Below are positions 32,497-42,702 of a DNA stretch of 64,000 nt, in pieces. The stretch's first letter is position 1. Each line of letters begins with the position of its first letter. The stretch lies in IMG/VR virus record IMGVR_UViG_2706796059_000001. One strand, given 5' to 3'. Below the pieces are notes generated by a model that saw only the letters and a list, made by a program, of their open reading frames with translations, was not told the origin of the DNA and made no database searches. Made by a program: the position numbers and the translations under genes. This stretch comes from a virus (taxonomy: Duplodnaviria > Heunggongvirae > Uroviricota > Caudoviricetes > Straboviridae).

Positions 32497-32856
32497 ATGG
32501 AATTTCTTCTACCTGTTTTGCCAATTATTGGCATGTTTGTAATATTACTTCTAATTCTAGCAGTGTCTTTCTTCATGGCGAAGATTTTCAAGCTAGACAT
32601 TAAACTACCTTACGGTAAAATCATCACTGCTGCACTTCTACTCACAGTTGCTGCGAGTGGTTTTAAAATTGCAACGTCGCCAATTACTCGTCCTACCATG
32701 AACGAAGCAGTCAACGACACAGCCAAGTACAAAGTAGACGAATTCACTGAGCTTGAAGCACCTGTACTAGAAGACAAGTCATTCAAAGCTGAAGATGTTG
32801 ATGTTACTACGCTAGACAGCGAAGAGCGTATCAAAAATCACACTAAGAACTTGTAA
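32497..32856 (+). CDS. small membrane protein (one or two TM helices, acidic tail)
   Basis: The N-terminus MEFLLPVLPIIGMFVILLLILAVSFFMA is hydrophobic. A second hydrophobic stretch is ITAALLLTVAASG. Confidence 0.5.
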   Translation: MEFLLPVLPIIGMFVILLLILAVSFFMAKIFKLDIKLPYGKIITAALLLTVAASGFKIATSPITRPTMNEAVNDTAKYKVDEFTELEAPVLEDKSFKAEDVDVTTLDSEERIKNHTKNL

Positions 32857-33139
32857 CCTTCCCTGCGCCCCCTGCAACCGTATCGCCACATGTTAGCGTG
32901 TCACCGATACGGATTGCATTACTCCCTTCTATAAACACCTTCGGGCTAAAAGTCGCTGCGCTACCTGAATGACAATCATAGTTCGGTACTGTATTACAGT
33001 GCGTTACGTGAACTAAGTTATCTTTAGACAACGCAGGCTTACCTTGCACTGTTACTTTCCCACTCCCACCCGTTACTACTGTTGGCGGGTATGTCCCGTG
33101 ACCTGTTGTTGGTTCATCTGCACCTGCTAGAGCTGGCAT
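32843..33139 (-). CDS. gp5.4: PAAR-repeat spike tip protein (gp5.4-like)
   Basis: 98-aa Gly-rich protein with conserved Cys/His (HCNTVPNYDCHSG...TLTCGD). T4 gp5.4 is 97 aa. It lies next to gp5. Confidence 0.7.
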   Translation of the reverse strand: MPALAGADEPTTGHGTYPPTVVTGGSGKVTVQGKPALSKDNLVHVTHCNTVPNYDCHSGSAATFSPKVFIEGSNAIRIGDTLTCGDTVAGGAGKVTSS

Positions 33140-33624
33140 TAGTTACCTCCTGCTGCTATATAATCTCTAAGTTGCTGCGCCCATGTATCCCACTTACCTT
33201 TAACGTTCTGAGTAAATGTTTCAACGAGCTGCCGCTCTTCAATTACTCCCGGTACAAGCGGGTCTTCGTATTCGTAATCAACTGTAACTGTATATGTGTA
33301 GTCAGTTGATAACACGCTCGGCGCTTCGAATCGATACACGTGACCATGTTCAGGGTTGTTCGGTAGATCGCTAAATCTACTCACTTCATGATAGCTATTG
33401 TCTCGTGTATCCCTGTATTTCAGACCACTAGGTCCCAGATCAAACGAATCTTGATACTGACCGTAATATCTTGCGCCTGAGACATTAATACCCGCATTCG
33501 CCCGATGATCAGTTATTGATATCTGAACAAGTGTCTCACCTTCGTCCATAACCGCGGAGAACGTCACATCGACGTTCTCCCCTTCTGTAATGATCGGTAA
33601 AGTGATTGGTGTAATACTAGCCAT
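33139..33624 (-). CDS. hypothetical protein co-transcribed between gp5 and the PAAR gene
   Basis: 161-aa ORF with start/stop codon overlap on both sides. No recognisable family. T4 has gp5.1 here. Confidence 0.4.
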   Translation of the reverse strand: MASITPITLPIITEGENVDVTFSAVMDEGETLVQISITDHRANAGINVSGARYYGQYQDSFDLGPSGLKYRDTRDNSYHEVSRFSDLPNNPEHGHVYRFEAPSVLSTDYTYTVTVDYEYEDPLVPGVIEERQLVETFTQNVKGKWDTWAQQLRDYIAAGGN

Positions 33625-33628
33625 TCAA

Positions 33629-34846
33629 TTACCCTAGGCTCACTGTTGAACCGTCTAATGCCGCAGCCCCTGCGAGACTAAGCGTTGCGCCACCACCGTC
33701 ATCACTAATTGATGACGCCGAACGTGTATAAGACGAACTAACGCTTTCTGACATCGAGCCACCGACTGTTATTGTGTAATTACCGCTGATATTCTGCGTG
33801 TAATCGCCCGTGACGTTACTTTGAACATTCCCGCCCACAGTTTGATTAACATTCCCGTCAACGTTCTGTGTGACGTTCTGATGCACTGTCTGACTAACAT
33901 CTTTATCAACTGTTTGAGTAACATTCATTTCAACATGCTGTTCAACATTACCCTTAACATGCTGCTTCAAATCACCATCAACTTGCTGCGTGACATTTTG
34001 CTGGCAATAGAACGTCGCGTCACCGACAACGGTTATATTCAAGTTCCCTTTGATAAAGACATTCTGATCTTTTTGAACAATCTCAAAATCATCACCAACA
34101 ATCTTTGTAACTTTACTGCCGTCAGGGTGAATTTCTTCAAATGTACCTGTTCGATGATACGTATGTAAACGCTCTGCACCCACAGTGTCATCAACCTCTC
34201 TGATGTGCCCAGATTCAGACTCGTGTACATGATTGAACGGGTACTGCGCTGCGTACGGCGTCTCTTTCTCGTTATAAACGGGACCGTTTTGATTATATCC
34301 CGCAATCGGAATGTCTTTCTCTTCGGCTGCGCGTTTACTAGCGATTATTTCATGTGGTCTATACACATAAGGCGCATCGCCACTATCAAAATCGCTCTGA
34401 GATTGATTTTCATCATACACATCGGGATCTACATCGTTTCGAGCTAAACGGTTTGTATCGGGCTCATTAAGTTTATCAGCTAACGGGTATTTTTCGTTTG
34501 GGTCATTAAACCCCTTACTGCCGTTAGCTAATTCTTCAGGTATACCAGGCAAAACACCCATCGCAATTGCATCTTGATGCAACTTATCTCTGAAAAAGCC
34601 GAATACCCATGTACCTTCAACTACCCCTATTGGTGTATTACCAATCCCGTTCATTGCAGCGTTATCAAGCGACTGCATAGGGTGAACCCAAAGAAGTTCT
34701 TCAGTTCGAATACCTTGATTTGAACTTTTCTTCTCGGGGTGAAACCCAATCATTCTGACTTTAATTCTACCGAGTTTGAGTGGGTCGTTTGTTCTATCTT
34801 CAACAACACCAGTCCACCAATCAAACCCATCTAATCCCATAAACAT
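33629..34846 (-). CDS. gp5: baseplate hub/cell-puncturing protein gp5 (OB-fold plus beta-helix, no lysozyme domain)
   Basis: The N-terminus DWWTGVVEDRTNDPLKLGRIKVRMIGFHPE matches the T4 gp5 OB domain. The C-terminus has VxxNVxQx octad-like beta-helix repeats. At 405 aa versus T4's 575 aa there is no room for the lysozyme domain. Confidence 0.8.
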   Translation of the reverse strand: MFMGLDGFDWWTGVVEDRTNDPLKLGRIKVRMIGFHPEKKSSNQGIRTEELLWVHPMQSLDNAAMNGIGNTPIGVVEGTWVFGFFRDKLHQDAIAMGVLPGIPEELANGSKGFNDPNEKYPLADKLNEPDTNRLARNDVDPDVYDENQSQSDFDSGDAPYVYRPHEIIASKRAAEEKDIPIAGYNQNGPVYNEKETPYAAQYPFNHVHESESGHIREVDDTVGAERLHTYHRTGTFEEIHPDGSKVTKIVGDDFEIVQKDQNVFIKGNLNITVVGDATFYCQQNVTQQVDGDLKQHVKGNVEQHVEMNVTQTVDKDVSQTVHQNVTQNVDGNVNQTVGGNVQSNVTGDYTQNISGNYTITVGGSMSESVSSSYTRSASSISDDGGGATLSLAGAAALDGSTVSLG

Positions 34847-36117
34847 TATTTCTTGCTCCCCGCAACTGCTACATTCATCGACGAATCACTTGATAATTCA
34901 AGCGTAGTAATGAATGAATTAGGCTCAACGCGATGCTTCAATTCATGAACAATCCATTTCCCTGACACATCAAGACTCGAATGGTTGTCACCAGTTACTG
35001 CGTGATAGTCAAGAAACACAACATCACCAACTGTAATGTTCGTATTACCTGGTATTTCTACAAGTATCTGTTTTGCATTCAAGTACGTTTCTTCCATTAA
35101 TGAAACGCCATGAACAGACCCCAAAGGGTGTTTATTGTCATGCTCGTAAAAGCCGTCGTTTGATATCAATTGAATGCTATTCAACGGTTGTTCGGTTACT
35201 GGAACTTCACTAGGAAATTCTGATTCACTCGTGTACATATGAGCTTTGTCATTTAAAATCCCAACCTTTTCAATATAATCACCACGACGAACATCTTTAG
35301 TCGTCAACTTTTTGCGAATTAAACTATGAGAATATGTTCTAGAACCGAATAAACCACTAGAAATCTCATGCATATTAGACTGTTCTTTCACTACAACGCG
35401 CAATGCTGTGATTGTTTTACCGCGACCCGATGTCCATTTACCATCACCCGTGTCAGCACCTTTACGAATTATATAATCGTAATCTTTGTTTCTAATCGTG
35501 CCAAGAGACGCGAATTTAACTGAGTCTCGATCTTCGTAAAACATGAACTTACAACTGTTGTTCACGTCAGTGCTTGCATGGTCTACAAGACTGCTGATGA
35601 TGTCGTAAGGTTTACCGATCTTAGTCACGTAATCGCGTTGATATAGAGAAGATTCAATTTCATACACGGGCTTCTCATCACCCAAATTGTCTAAAATCGT
35701 TTTGATTATGTTCGATATACTAGTTTTCTTGAACACATACGGGCGTTTAACGTAATCATTCAATGTCAATAGATTATTAGTAAAACGAACAATTATAGTT
35801 TCGAAACCACCAGTCGTTGACGGCATTCTTGATATGCCAGTAGCACGAAACGTTTTTCGATATACCTTGTTTGCTTGCTCCCCGACATATGAAGCAAAAT
35901 CAACATCGATAGCTTCAAACCCCGTCATTCGAACGGTGTCTACGATTCCGACTGAATCTGTGAACATGAACATGCCCGAAACTAACCCGTCAAGCGACTC
36001 ATAAATTTCCATGTGTGTGATTTCATTTTCAACAGCCGAGGCGAAATCAACACCACGAATGTGAATTTTGCTAACCACAAAGTTCTCAATTGGGTTAGCG
36101 GAGCGCATTTCAAACAT
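34846..36117 (-). CDS. gp27: baseplate hub protein gp27
   Basis: 423 aa immediately upstream of gp5, as the gp27-gp5 hub pair. T4 gp27 is 391 aa. Confidence 0.6.
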   Translation of the reverse strand: MFEMRSANPIENFVVSKIHIRGVDFASAVENEITHMEIYESLDGLVSGMFMFTDSVGIVDTVRMTGFEAIDVDFASYVGEQANKVYRKTFRATGISRMPSTTGGFETIIVRFTNNLLTLNDYVKRPYVFKKTSISNIIKTILDNLGDEKPVYEIESSLYQRDYVTKIGKPYDIISSLVDHASTDVNNSCKFMFYEDRDSVKFASLGTIRNKDYDYIIRKGADTGDGKWTSGRGKTITALRVVVKEQSNMHEISSGLFGSRTYSHSLIRKKLTTKDVRRGDYIEKVGILNDKAHMYTSESEFPSEVPVTEQPLNSIQLISNDGFYEHDNKHPLGSVHGVSLMEETYLNAKQILVEIPGNTNITVGDVVFLDYHAVTGDNHSSLDVSGKWIVHELKHRVEPNSFITTLELSSDSSMNVAVAGSKK

Positions 36118-36118
36118 G

Positions 36119-36697
36119 TTATACCCCTGCTAATTTCATAAACGTGCTGATGTATGTACTAATATCGTCACGCGAAAGAATGTTAATCACGCGATTCGTT
36201 TCATTCTTATTGAACTCAAACTCATCAACTGATACTGGAATCATAACGCCGTGATACAACAGTTCTCGAAAATCTTCCTGACCTTCTTCAGGGACATTAT
36301 TTTCCCAGTCGAACTTGTTATACCAATTACGCGGGTTTTCAGGGTCTTCAATCATATCAAACCACCAACGACCTTGTTCATCGACGTGATGATGAACTTG
36401 CTCATTCCCACCAATATACTGATAACGATAAATAGCATTCTCAGCTACAGATTCATTGGGCTGAACCCAATCATAAAACGGGTCAACGCGCTGATTGAGA
36501 AGTAATATCAACCAATACAACGACGTGTCGCCGTACAATTCATATGCAATTTGTTCAGGGCGATAATCGCCCCTTATTTTATACTGAATAGTCGTAAACG
36601 ACGGGATGATCTGCTTATGATAATAATTCAAATTCTTGAATATGTCCGCAGTTTCAACCCCTTGATAATCAGTCTTTTCAAATATCGAAAAAATCAT
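36119..36697 (-). CDS. gp53: baseplate wedge protein gp53
   Basis: TDIFKNLNYYHKQ...YRPEQIAYELYGDTSLYWLILLLNQRVDPFYDWV matches T4 gp53 TDIFRNYKDYFKR...PRPEELANAIYGNPQLYWVLLMCNDNYDPYYGWI. Confidence 0.85.
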   Translation of the reverse strand: MIFSIFEKTDYQGVETADIFKNLNYYHKQIIPSFTTIQYKIRGDYRPEQIAYELYGDTSLYWLILLLNQRVDPFYDWVQPNESVAENAIYRYQYIGGNEQVHHHVDEQGRWWFDMIEDPENPRNWYNKFDWENNVPEEGQEDFRELLYHGVMIPVSVDEFEFNKNETNRVINILSRDDISTYISTFMKLAGV

Positions 36698-37830
36698 TTA
36701 ATCAATCCCTCAATATCACCAAAGAACGAACCAGAGTTTGTATTACTACCACTAGCCGTTTGCGTTCCACTGTCATAACCTCGAACATTACTGTTAAGAT
36801 CGCGTTGATACATAGCACGATCAAGTGGGATAAGTTCGCTAAATGTAATCTCAAGTTCAATACCCGCTGGGTCACCAGCCGTACCTCTAAATGTGCGCCA
36901 GTACTGATCGGGTGTACGATTTAACTTCACAGATGTGATACCCGCTGGACCGAAAATAAAGCGAGGTGTGTATCGCGTCGCGTCTGTGTCTGACACTTCT
37001 TCAATCATCCATACAGGCGGAGTTTTCAATAACGTCGCGTATTTCGCAAAACCTGCTGCAAACCCCGAGCCTAAATTTGCTGTCCCTGTATCTAATAACT
37101 GCGAATCAATCTGACCTTTCACTGGTAACGATAGCCCATAGAACGTTTTTATAATCTCTGCAACTACTTTCAGTTCGTCTAACGACTTAGGGTGGAATTG
37201 ATATACCATTGTTTGTGTACGCTGCGCTGTACCTTTATACGCAGTTACAGTTACGTTGTCTGTTACGACGCTGCTGTTCTTCTCCAACTGCCCTGCTGCA
37301 TTCGATTGAATGAATGAACGTTTAATCTGAGCTAGTGTTGCACCTGCTGCTGTCGCAACTGCACGTTTACCACGATCAACGCCTTCAGACACTGTATCTG
37401 AGCCTGCTGCTGAAGCCGCACTAGCAAGAAAGTCATTTAATACTGAAGTCGGTGTTTTATCATATTCGTGAGACACTTCTTCAACGATATTAGGCGCGTA
37501 AAGTGCAAGCGTAGCTTTCAATTCGCTTGGAACTTCACCAGATTGTTCATTTTCAGTTTGCGCGGCAGTAAACGAACTACGCATGTCCGTATAGTGTTGT
37601 TTTGTTGTGTGTGCCAAGTCATACGCTCTAAAAATAAAGAAATTCGGGTGTCCAGACTCAGCCCCTAAATTAAGCGGGTATGTCAATGCTACATTATTCG
37701 AGTCACGACCGAGTTTAGTAACATCTTCACCTGTCGAAAGCTCTTGTGTAGTACTTTGAACTCCTCCTGATATTGTTTCTACTAGAGTGCTACTTTTTGC
37801 AGCGATTGTACTAGTAAGACTCATTTTCAT
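36694..37830 (-). CDS. gp48: baseplate tail-tube cap/initiator family protein (gp48-like)
   Basis: 378 aa (T4 gp48 is 364 aa). Its C-terminal ...FFGDIEGLIK resembles the gp48 end. The assignment is tentative. Confidence 0.45.
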   Translation of the reverse strand: MKMSLTSTIAAKSSTLVETISGGVQSTTQELSTGEDVTKLGRDSNNVALTYPLNLGAESGHPNFFIFRAYDLAHTTKQHYTDMRSSFTAAQTENEQSGEVPSELKATLALYAPNIVEEVSHEYDKTPTSVLNDFLASAASAAGSDTVSEGVDRGKRAVATAAGATLAQIKRSFIQSNAAGQLEKNSSVVTDNVTVTAYKGTAQRTQTMVYQFHPKSLDELKVVAEIIKTFYGLSLPVKGQIDSQLLDTGTANLGSGFAAGFAKYATLLKTPPVWMIEEVSDTDATRYTPRFIFGPAGITSVKLNRTPDQYWRTFRGTAGDPAGIELEITFSELIPLDRAMYQRDLNSNVRGYDSGTQTASGSNTNSGSFFGDIEGLIK

Positions 37831-37897
37831 GATCTCCTTTTTAAAAATATATATCTGTATTTAGATGCGATACTAAATATATGAAAGGAGGCGCTAC

Positions 37898-38353
37898 ATG
37901 GCATATTCTGGAAAATTTGTTCCGTCGAACAAGTCGAAATACAAAGGCAATTATCAAAAGATTGAGTATAGAAGCTCATGGGAATTGTCGTTTATGCGTT
38001 GGTGTGACAACAACCCACACGTAGTTCGCTGGAATTCTGAAGAGATTGTAATCCCATATGTTAGTTCTGCTGATGGAGGGAAAAAACGTAGATATTTTAT
38101 GGACTTTTACGTGAAGTTCAGTGATGGGCGCGAATTTATATTTGAAATTAAACCGCACAAAGAAACGATGCCGCCTGAGAAGCCACAGAGGCTTACTGAA
38201 AAGGCTAAGAAACGTCTTTTAAAAGAAGTGTATACGTTTCAAGTGAATCAAGATAAATGGGCTGCTGCGATTAAATTCGCAAAGCAGAAAGGTTGGCAAT
38301 TCAAAGTCTTGACTGAACACGGACTAAGAAAATTGATAGGACTGAGAGTGTAA
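37898..38353 (+). CDS. hypothetical protein (151 aa), possible head-completion gp4-type by size and neighbourhood
   Basis: 151 aa, basic. T4 gp4 is 150 aa and lies in the 3-2-4-53-5 cluster. I cannot confirm sequence similarity from memory. Confidence 0.3.
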   Translation: MAYSGKFVPSNKSKYKGNYQKIEYRSSWELSFMRWCDNNPHVVRWNSEEIVIPYVSSADGGKKRRYFMDFYVKFSDGREFIFEIKPHKETMPPEKPQRLTEKAKKRLLKEVYTFQVNQDKWAAAIKFAKQKGWQFKVLTEHGLRKLIGLRV

Positions 38354-38354
38354 T

Positions 38355-38951
38355 ATGGCTAGACCAGAAAGAGCAAAGAAGAAAAAAGAAAGTTTGCTTG
38401 ATAGTTTCAAAGCTCAAACGCACGAGCTTGGTCGTCAACCAATCGCGAAGAATCAACGCAAATCATTAGCATGGTTCAAAAAGCGTGTTCATGATGCAAT
38501 ACGTAGTCGAAAAGTACAGCGACCACACAAAGGCAACATGTATGTATTCGCATATGATGCTAAACACAAAGACAAACTTCCGTATTGGGATAAATTCCCG
38601 TGTATTATCTGTCTCGGGGTCGAAAAGGGATATATGTTAGGCTTGAACTTGCACTACATCCCACCGAAAGATCGCGAGAAGTTTTTAACAATTTTACTAC
38701 GATACGCAACTACAAAAACAGTAAGTAACACAACTCGACTATCGGTTGATTGGGGTCGAGTGAAAAACATTAAGTTCAGTAAACATATGGTTAAATTGTA
38801 CATTCTAAAGCGAATTAAAGGTTCACTTGAAGAAGTCAAACCACATGATTGGTACAATGTTATTCACATGCCACTACAGCAATTCGTTGCTAAAAATGGT
38901 CGTAACATTTCTGCTGTTCGTGCGTACGATGATCGTTATAGAAGGAGATAA
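38355..38951 (+). CDS. hypothetical basic protein (198 aa), possible gp2/gp4-neighbourhood virion protein
   Basis: Very basic N-terminus (MARPERAKKKKE). Conserved-looking YVFAYDAKHKDKLPYWDKFP segment. Confidence 0.3.
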   Translation: MARPERAKKKKESLLDSFKAQTHELGRQPIAKNQRKSLAWFKKRVHDAIRSRKVQRPHKGNMYVFAYDAKHKDKLPYWDKFPCIICLGVEKGYMLGLNLHYIPPKDREKFLTILLRYATTKTVSNTTRLSVDWGRVKNIKFSKHMVKLYILKRIKGSLEEVKPHDWYNVIHMPLQQFVAKNGRNISAVRAYDDRYRRR

Positions 38952-38954
38952 CGA

Positions 38955-39701
38955 ATGGCAATCGGTATTGACGTTAAAAAGTTCTTATCTCAGATCAATA
39001 AGAACGATTTAGCAAGACAAAACTTGTATGCGGTGCGTTTTGCATCGCTGCAAGATACAGCAAAGCAGTTAATGAACACTGGTGAAACGTTCTCGAATGC
39101 TGCATCGACTAGAGTAAACGGTATCGGGGTTAAAGATGCATTAGCCTCGACTGCTGCGTTATTCGGTAGTGGGTTTGAATTCGAGCGAAACATCGGGATG
39201 ATGGTTAAATCAGTAAATATACCTGGGTCATCATATGAAACAGATATTGATAGATCGAGAAGACGTCCGCATCATGTAATCAAAACGAAAACTGATGAAA
39301 CGGTAACGATGTCGCTGTATCTTTCACCATCACACCCCGAGCGTAAAATGCTATTAGGTTGGTTCAAACAGATTTATTCAAACGATTCTGCACAAGTCGG
39401 GTTCTTCTCGAATTACGCACGCACTATCGAGATTTACACGTACGACCGCAACGCGAACATGGTTACTATGACCAGTTTAAAAAATGCGTTTCCTATTCGA
39501 GTAGGTGGGGTTCAGTTGGGCTATGAAAATAGCAATGCAGTTGCCGAATTCGAGGTTGAATTTGTTTACGAAAGTGCAACGTACATGACTGAAGATTTAT
39601 CTAGCACAATCGCAGACACGTTAGATATAACACAGAATTTCGAAAAAACATATAACAGCATTTACAATACTGCGGCAGAAACATTTCCAAACTTATTTTA
39701 A
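38955..39701 (+). CDS. gp54: baseplate tail-tube initiator gp54-like (gp19 fold)
   Basis: PGSSYETD..R and ...AEFEVEFVYES parallel T4 gp54 ...LSYETDWN... and TTFDVTFAYRV. Length 248 aa. Confidence 0.5.
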   Translation: MAIGIDVKKFLSQINKNDLARQNLYAVRFASLQDTAKQLMNTGETFSNAASTRVNGIGVKDALASTAALFGSGFEFERNIGMMVKSVNIPGSSYETDIDRSRRRPHHVIKTKTDETVTMSLYLSPSHPERKMLLGWFKQIYSNDSAQVGFFSNYARTIEIYTYDRNANMVTMTSLKNAFPIRVGGVQLGYENSNAVAEFEVEFVYESATYMTEDLSSTIADTLDITQNFEKTYNSIYNTAAETFPNLF

Positions 39702-39713
39702 GGCAAAAATATC

Positions 39714-40562
39714 ATGACAAAACCATTTGATTTGAGCGTACTTGCTGCGCCTCAATATACTGTAAAACTACCATCTACTGGCGAAGAGATCAAGTTACGT
39801 GCCATGCTTGCAAAAGAGCATAAAACACTGTTGATCGCTAACGAATCAGATGAAAAGGTTGATGCAATCGAGCAATGTCTTGAAAACTGTATTGTTTCAG
39901 ACATCAAGATTGAAGATCTAACGGTTGGTGATGCTGAATACTTGTTCATGCACATGTATATGAACAGTAATGGCGTAACTGAAATTCAAGCGGAATACAA
40001 CTGCTGTGCAGATAAGCCAGAAGAAGAACTCAAGCAGCTAGACGCGCAAGAAGAAGCTGAACTTGAGAAATCTGCTGATGACTTGTTCGCAGAAATTGTC
40101 AATCAATCAAACGAAGAAGCAATCGAAGCAGTATTCGCACCTGACAAGCGCCTATGTGGTGAACGAATCACCGCAAATATAGACTTAAACGCTGCGTTTG
40201 TGCCTGCATTCACGGGTGAAGATACAGTTCGTGTTAACAAACAAGTATTAATCAAACTGCAACACCCGAATATTCGCGTGTATGAGAACAACGACCCTAA
40301 CACACCTGAAGGTCTGTTCAATATTGCTGTTGAATCAATTAAAGAAGTTCACGTTGGTGATACTGTGTACAGCAAAGAAGAGCTTGCAGCACAAGGTCAG
40401 TTGATCAATATCATGGGTGAACTAGACACTGCTGCATTCAAGAAAGTTCAAACTTTCGTCGATGCAGTACCGCGAATCACCACTTATGTTGACGTTAAAT
40501 GTCCTAAGTGTGGTAACGCAGAGAAAGTAACTCTACGAGGCATCGAAGATTTTTTCGTATAA
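39714..40562 (+). CDS. hypothetical acidic protein with a C-terminal CxxC zinc-ribbon-like motif (possible gp28-position hub protein)
   Basis: 282 aa, immediately upstream of the gp29-like gene. The C-terminus reads CPKCGNAEK. Confidence 0.3.
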   Translation: MTKPFDLSVLAAPQYTVKLPSTGEEIKLRAMLAKEHKTLLIANESDEKVDAIEQCLENCIVSDIKIEDLTVGDAEYLFMHMYMNSNGVTEIQAEYNCCADKPEEELKQLDAQEEAELEKSADDLFAEIVNQSNEEAIEAVFAPDKRLCGERITANIDLNAAFVPAFTGEDTVRVNKQVLIKLQHPNIRVYENNDPNTPEGLFNIAVESIKEVHVGDTVYSKEELAAQGQLINIMGELDTAAFKKVQTFVDAVPRITTYVDVKCPKCGNAEKVTLRGIEDFFV

Positions 40563-40728
40563 TGCTCGGTAGATACTCACTCGAAGAGTATTACAAAGAA
40601 AACTTTGCCATGATCACTCATGGCAATTTTTCGCTATACGATTTAGAGACAATGGTTCTATTCGAGCGCGAAATCTATGCCGCACAGCTTATACATCACA
40701 TCAAAGAAAAGAATAAGGAACAACAATA

Positions 40729-42702
40729 ATGGCGGCTGATGAAAAAAAGATGAATGAGATAATCGGAAGATTAGATCATTTGATTCTCCAACAAGAAGAC
40801 CGACCTGAAGTTTACACGATGCAGCGTGTGGCTCGTCATATCAACAACATTGATATAACAACGTCAACGATGCTCGAAACAATGCAATCGGTCTTCAAAA
40901 CTAACGAAAAGGCAGTTGCACAACAGAAAAATCTATTTCAGCGCGTTATTGAAAACTTCGAACAGACATCAAACAGAGTCCGCGCTTCGATTATATCACT
41001 AACTGATATCATCAAAACTACTTTAGATTTCAAAGGTCACTTGTCTAGAATTGATCGCGGTATTCAAGAAATGCGCCTGACTGCAAAAATGCAGTTTGCT
41101 CGTATGCAGGAGGGGTTTACTCGATGGTTTGAACGACTAATCTTCAGAGTCAACGACATGAAGCGAATAATCGGGCTTCAGAAGACGACTGCCGACGATT
41201 TAAATAGCTTCTTGACGAACGGTGCGGGTAACAACTCTCCGCTTACTGTGGGCTTTATAAGCGCGTTATACAAGAAGATATTTGCATATCAAGTCGTTAC
41301 TGATACTCGTGCTCGTAAAACTGAGCAATTTCGTTACAAAGAAAACATGAAAGTGCAACGCAACCAAGCGAGTGATCTACGTCGAATCGCGAATCACCTA
41401 ACAGGCGAAAAGCTAGGGTGGATTGCCAAGTTGTTTAGACTAGTTGGTGTAGGTCTAGTAATGCTAGGCGGTCAATTAGTAACGTTTTCAACATCTATGG
41501 CAGCGGCTGCATCAACGGCTAGTAAATTTGGTAAACTAGGTCGAATCGCTTCAAGCATTCTCTTAGGGTTTGGTAAGTTTAGCCAAGGGACGGGTAAAAT
41601 CGTTCAAGAACTTGCAACTGACATGAGAGGCACGGTCAAAAAATGGATGTGGGCAGTTGTTCGTCAAACATTCTTAGGTCTAGGTCGTATGATTTCAATC
41701 ATGTTAAACCCAATCGCATTGGCTGGTATGCTTGCGGGTTATGGTATTTACAAGTTATTTGAAGAAGAAATCGACCGAATCTTCGTTGCATTGAAGAGTA
41801 TTTTCAGTGACCCCGAAAAACGGGAAATGTTGTTTAATATAGTGTCGAACTGGTTTAGCGATATGGTTCGAGGTATCGGAGAATGGTTCGGTATTGTCAG
41901 TGAAAATATTCAAGAAGCAGTACCAGAAGGTGCAGTTGATGGAATTGTATCTGGCTTCAATGCAGTGACATCTTTCGTTAAGAAAGCTTTCCGAATGTAC
42001 GTTAATGCAATTAACAAAATCATAGCTGGTTGGTTATCAATTCCTGATTCGTTTAGATTGCTTATGTTAGCAATAGATGACTTGATGTTAAACGTTAAAT
42101 CATTCGTAGTTGATGCATTAGATGCATTACCAGACTGGATGCGTTCAGAAGGCATGGACAAGTTCATAGCCGATGCTGACATTGAAGGTAAAAGAGCGAA
42201 ACTAGATGCTGACAAAGCTGAAGTTCGTGAAAGACTCAATGCGCGTTATCAAACAGACTATCTAGGCAAAGCTGGGGATATGATCGTTGATGGGGCTAAG
42301 AATACAGCACAAGCGGTTATAGACGGTGCTAAGAACGCTGCTGATGCTATCAAAGACCCTGCTAAGAATTTAGCAACGTCTGCCGAATCTCTTGACAAGT
42401 TCTTGCAAGCTGAAGTTGAGAAGAAGCAAATAGCAGAAGACGCAATTGTAGCGGCTGAACGTCAACGTATGATCAATGAGGGGATCATTAAGCCAATGCA
42501 AGAAGTTAAGCGTTCAATCATCTTAGAAGCTGTCGCAGCGCGAGAAGCAGCATTCCGAGCAGCACAGCAAACGAAAGAGGTTGGAACTAACTTCGTGAAC
42601 AATGCGGTCAATTCAGTTCAGAATACAACGAACTTCAATAGACCGTTAAGCGTAAACAGTGAAGCGAAAGTGCCTTCACCAAATAGAAGAACGGTGAATT
42701 AA
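40729..42702 (+). CDS. gp29: baseplate hub/tail length tape-measure protein gp29-like
   Basis: 657-aa helical protein with a central hydrophobic/Gly-rich segment and a coiled-coil C-terminus. T4 gp29 is 590 aa. Confidence 0.55.
   Translation: MAADEKKMNEIIGRLDHLILQQEDRPEVYTMQRVARHINNIDITTSTMLETMQSVFKTNEKAVAQQKNLFQRVIENFEQTSNRVRASIISLTDIIKTTLDFKGHLSRIDRGIQEMRLTAKMQFARMQEGFTRWFERLIFRVNDMKRIIGLQKTTADDLNSFLTNGAGNNSPLTVGFISALYKKIFAYQVVTDTRARKTEQFRYKENMKVQRNQASDLRRIANHLTGEKLGWIAKLFRLVGVGLVMLGGQLVTFSTSMAAAASTASKFGKLGRIASSILLGFGKFSQGTGKIVQELATDMRGTVKKWMWAVVRQTFLGLGRMISIMLNPIALAGMLAGYGIYKLFEEEIDRIFVALKSIFSDPEKREMLFNIVSNWFSDMVRGIGEWFGIVSENIQEAVPEGAVDGIVSGFNAVTSFVKKAFRMYVNAINKIIAGWLSIPDSFRLLMLAIDDLMLNVKSFVVDALDALPDWMRSEGMDKFIADADIEGKRAKLDADKAEVRERLNARYQTDYLGKAGDMIVDGAKNTAQAVIDGAKNAADAIKDPAKNLATSAESLDKFLQAEVEKKQIAEDAIVAAERQRMINEGIIKPMQEVKRSIILEAVAAREAAFRAAQQTKEVGTNFVNNAVNSVQNTTNFNRPLSVNSEAKVPSPNRRTVN

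Noticed and set aside
37898-38951. Firm assignment of the two plus-strand ORFs as T4 gp4 and gp2
   Set aside because: Size and neighbourhood fit, but I cannot recall the T4 sequences well enough to confirm. They are left as low-confidence hypotheticals.
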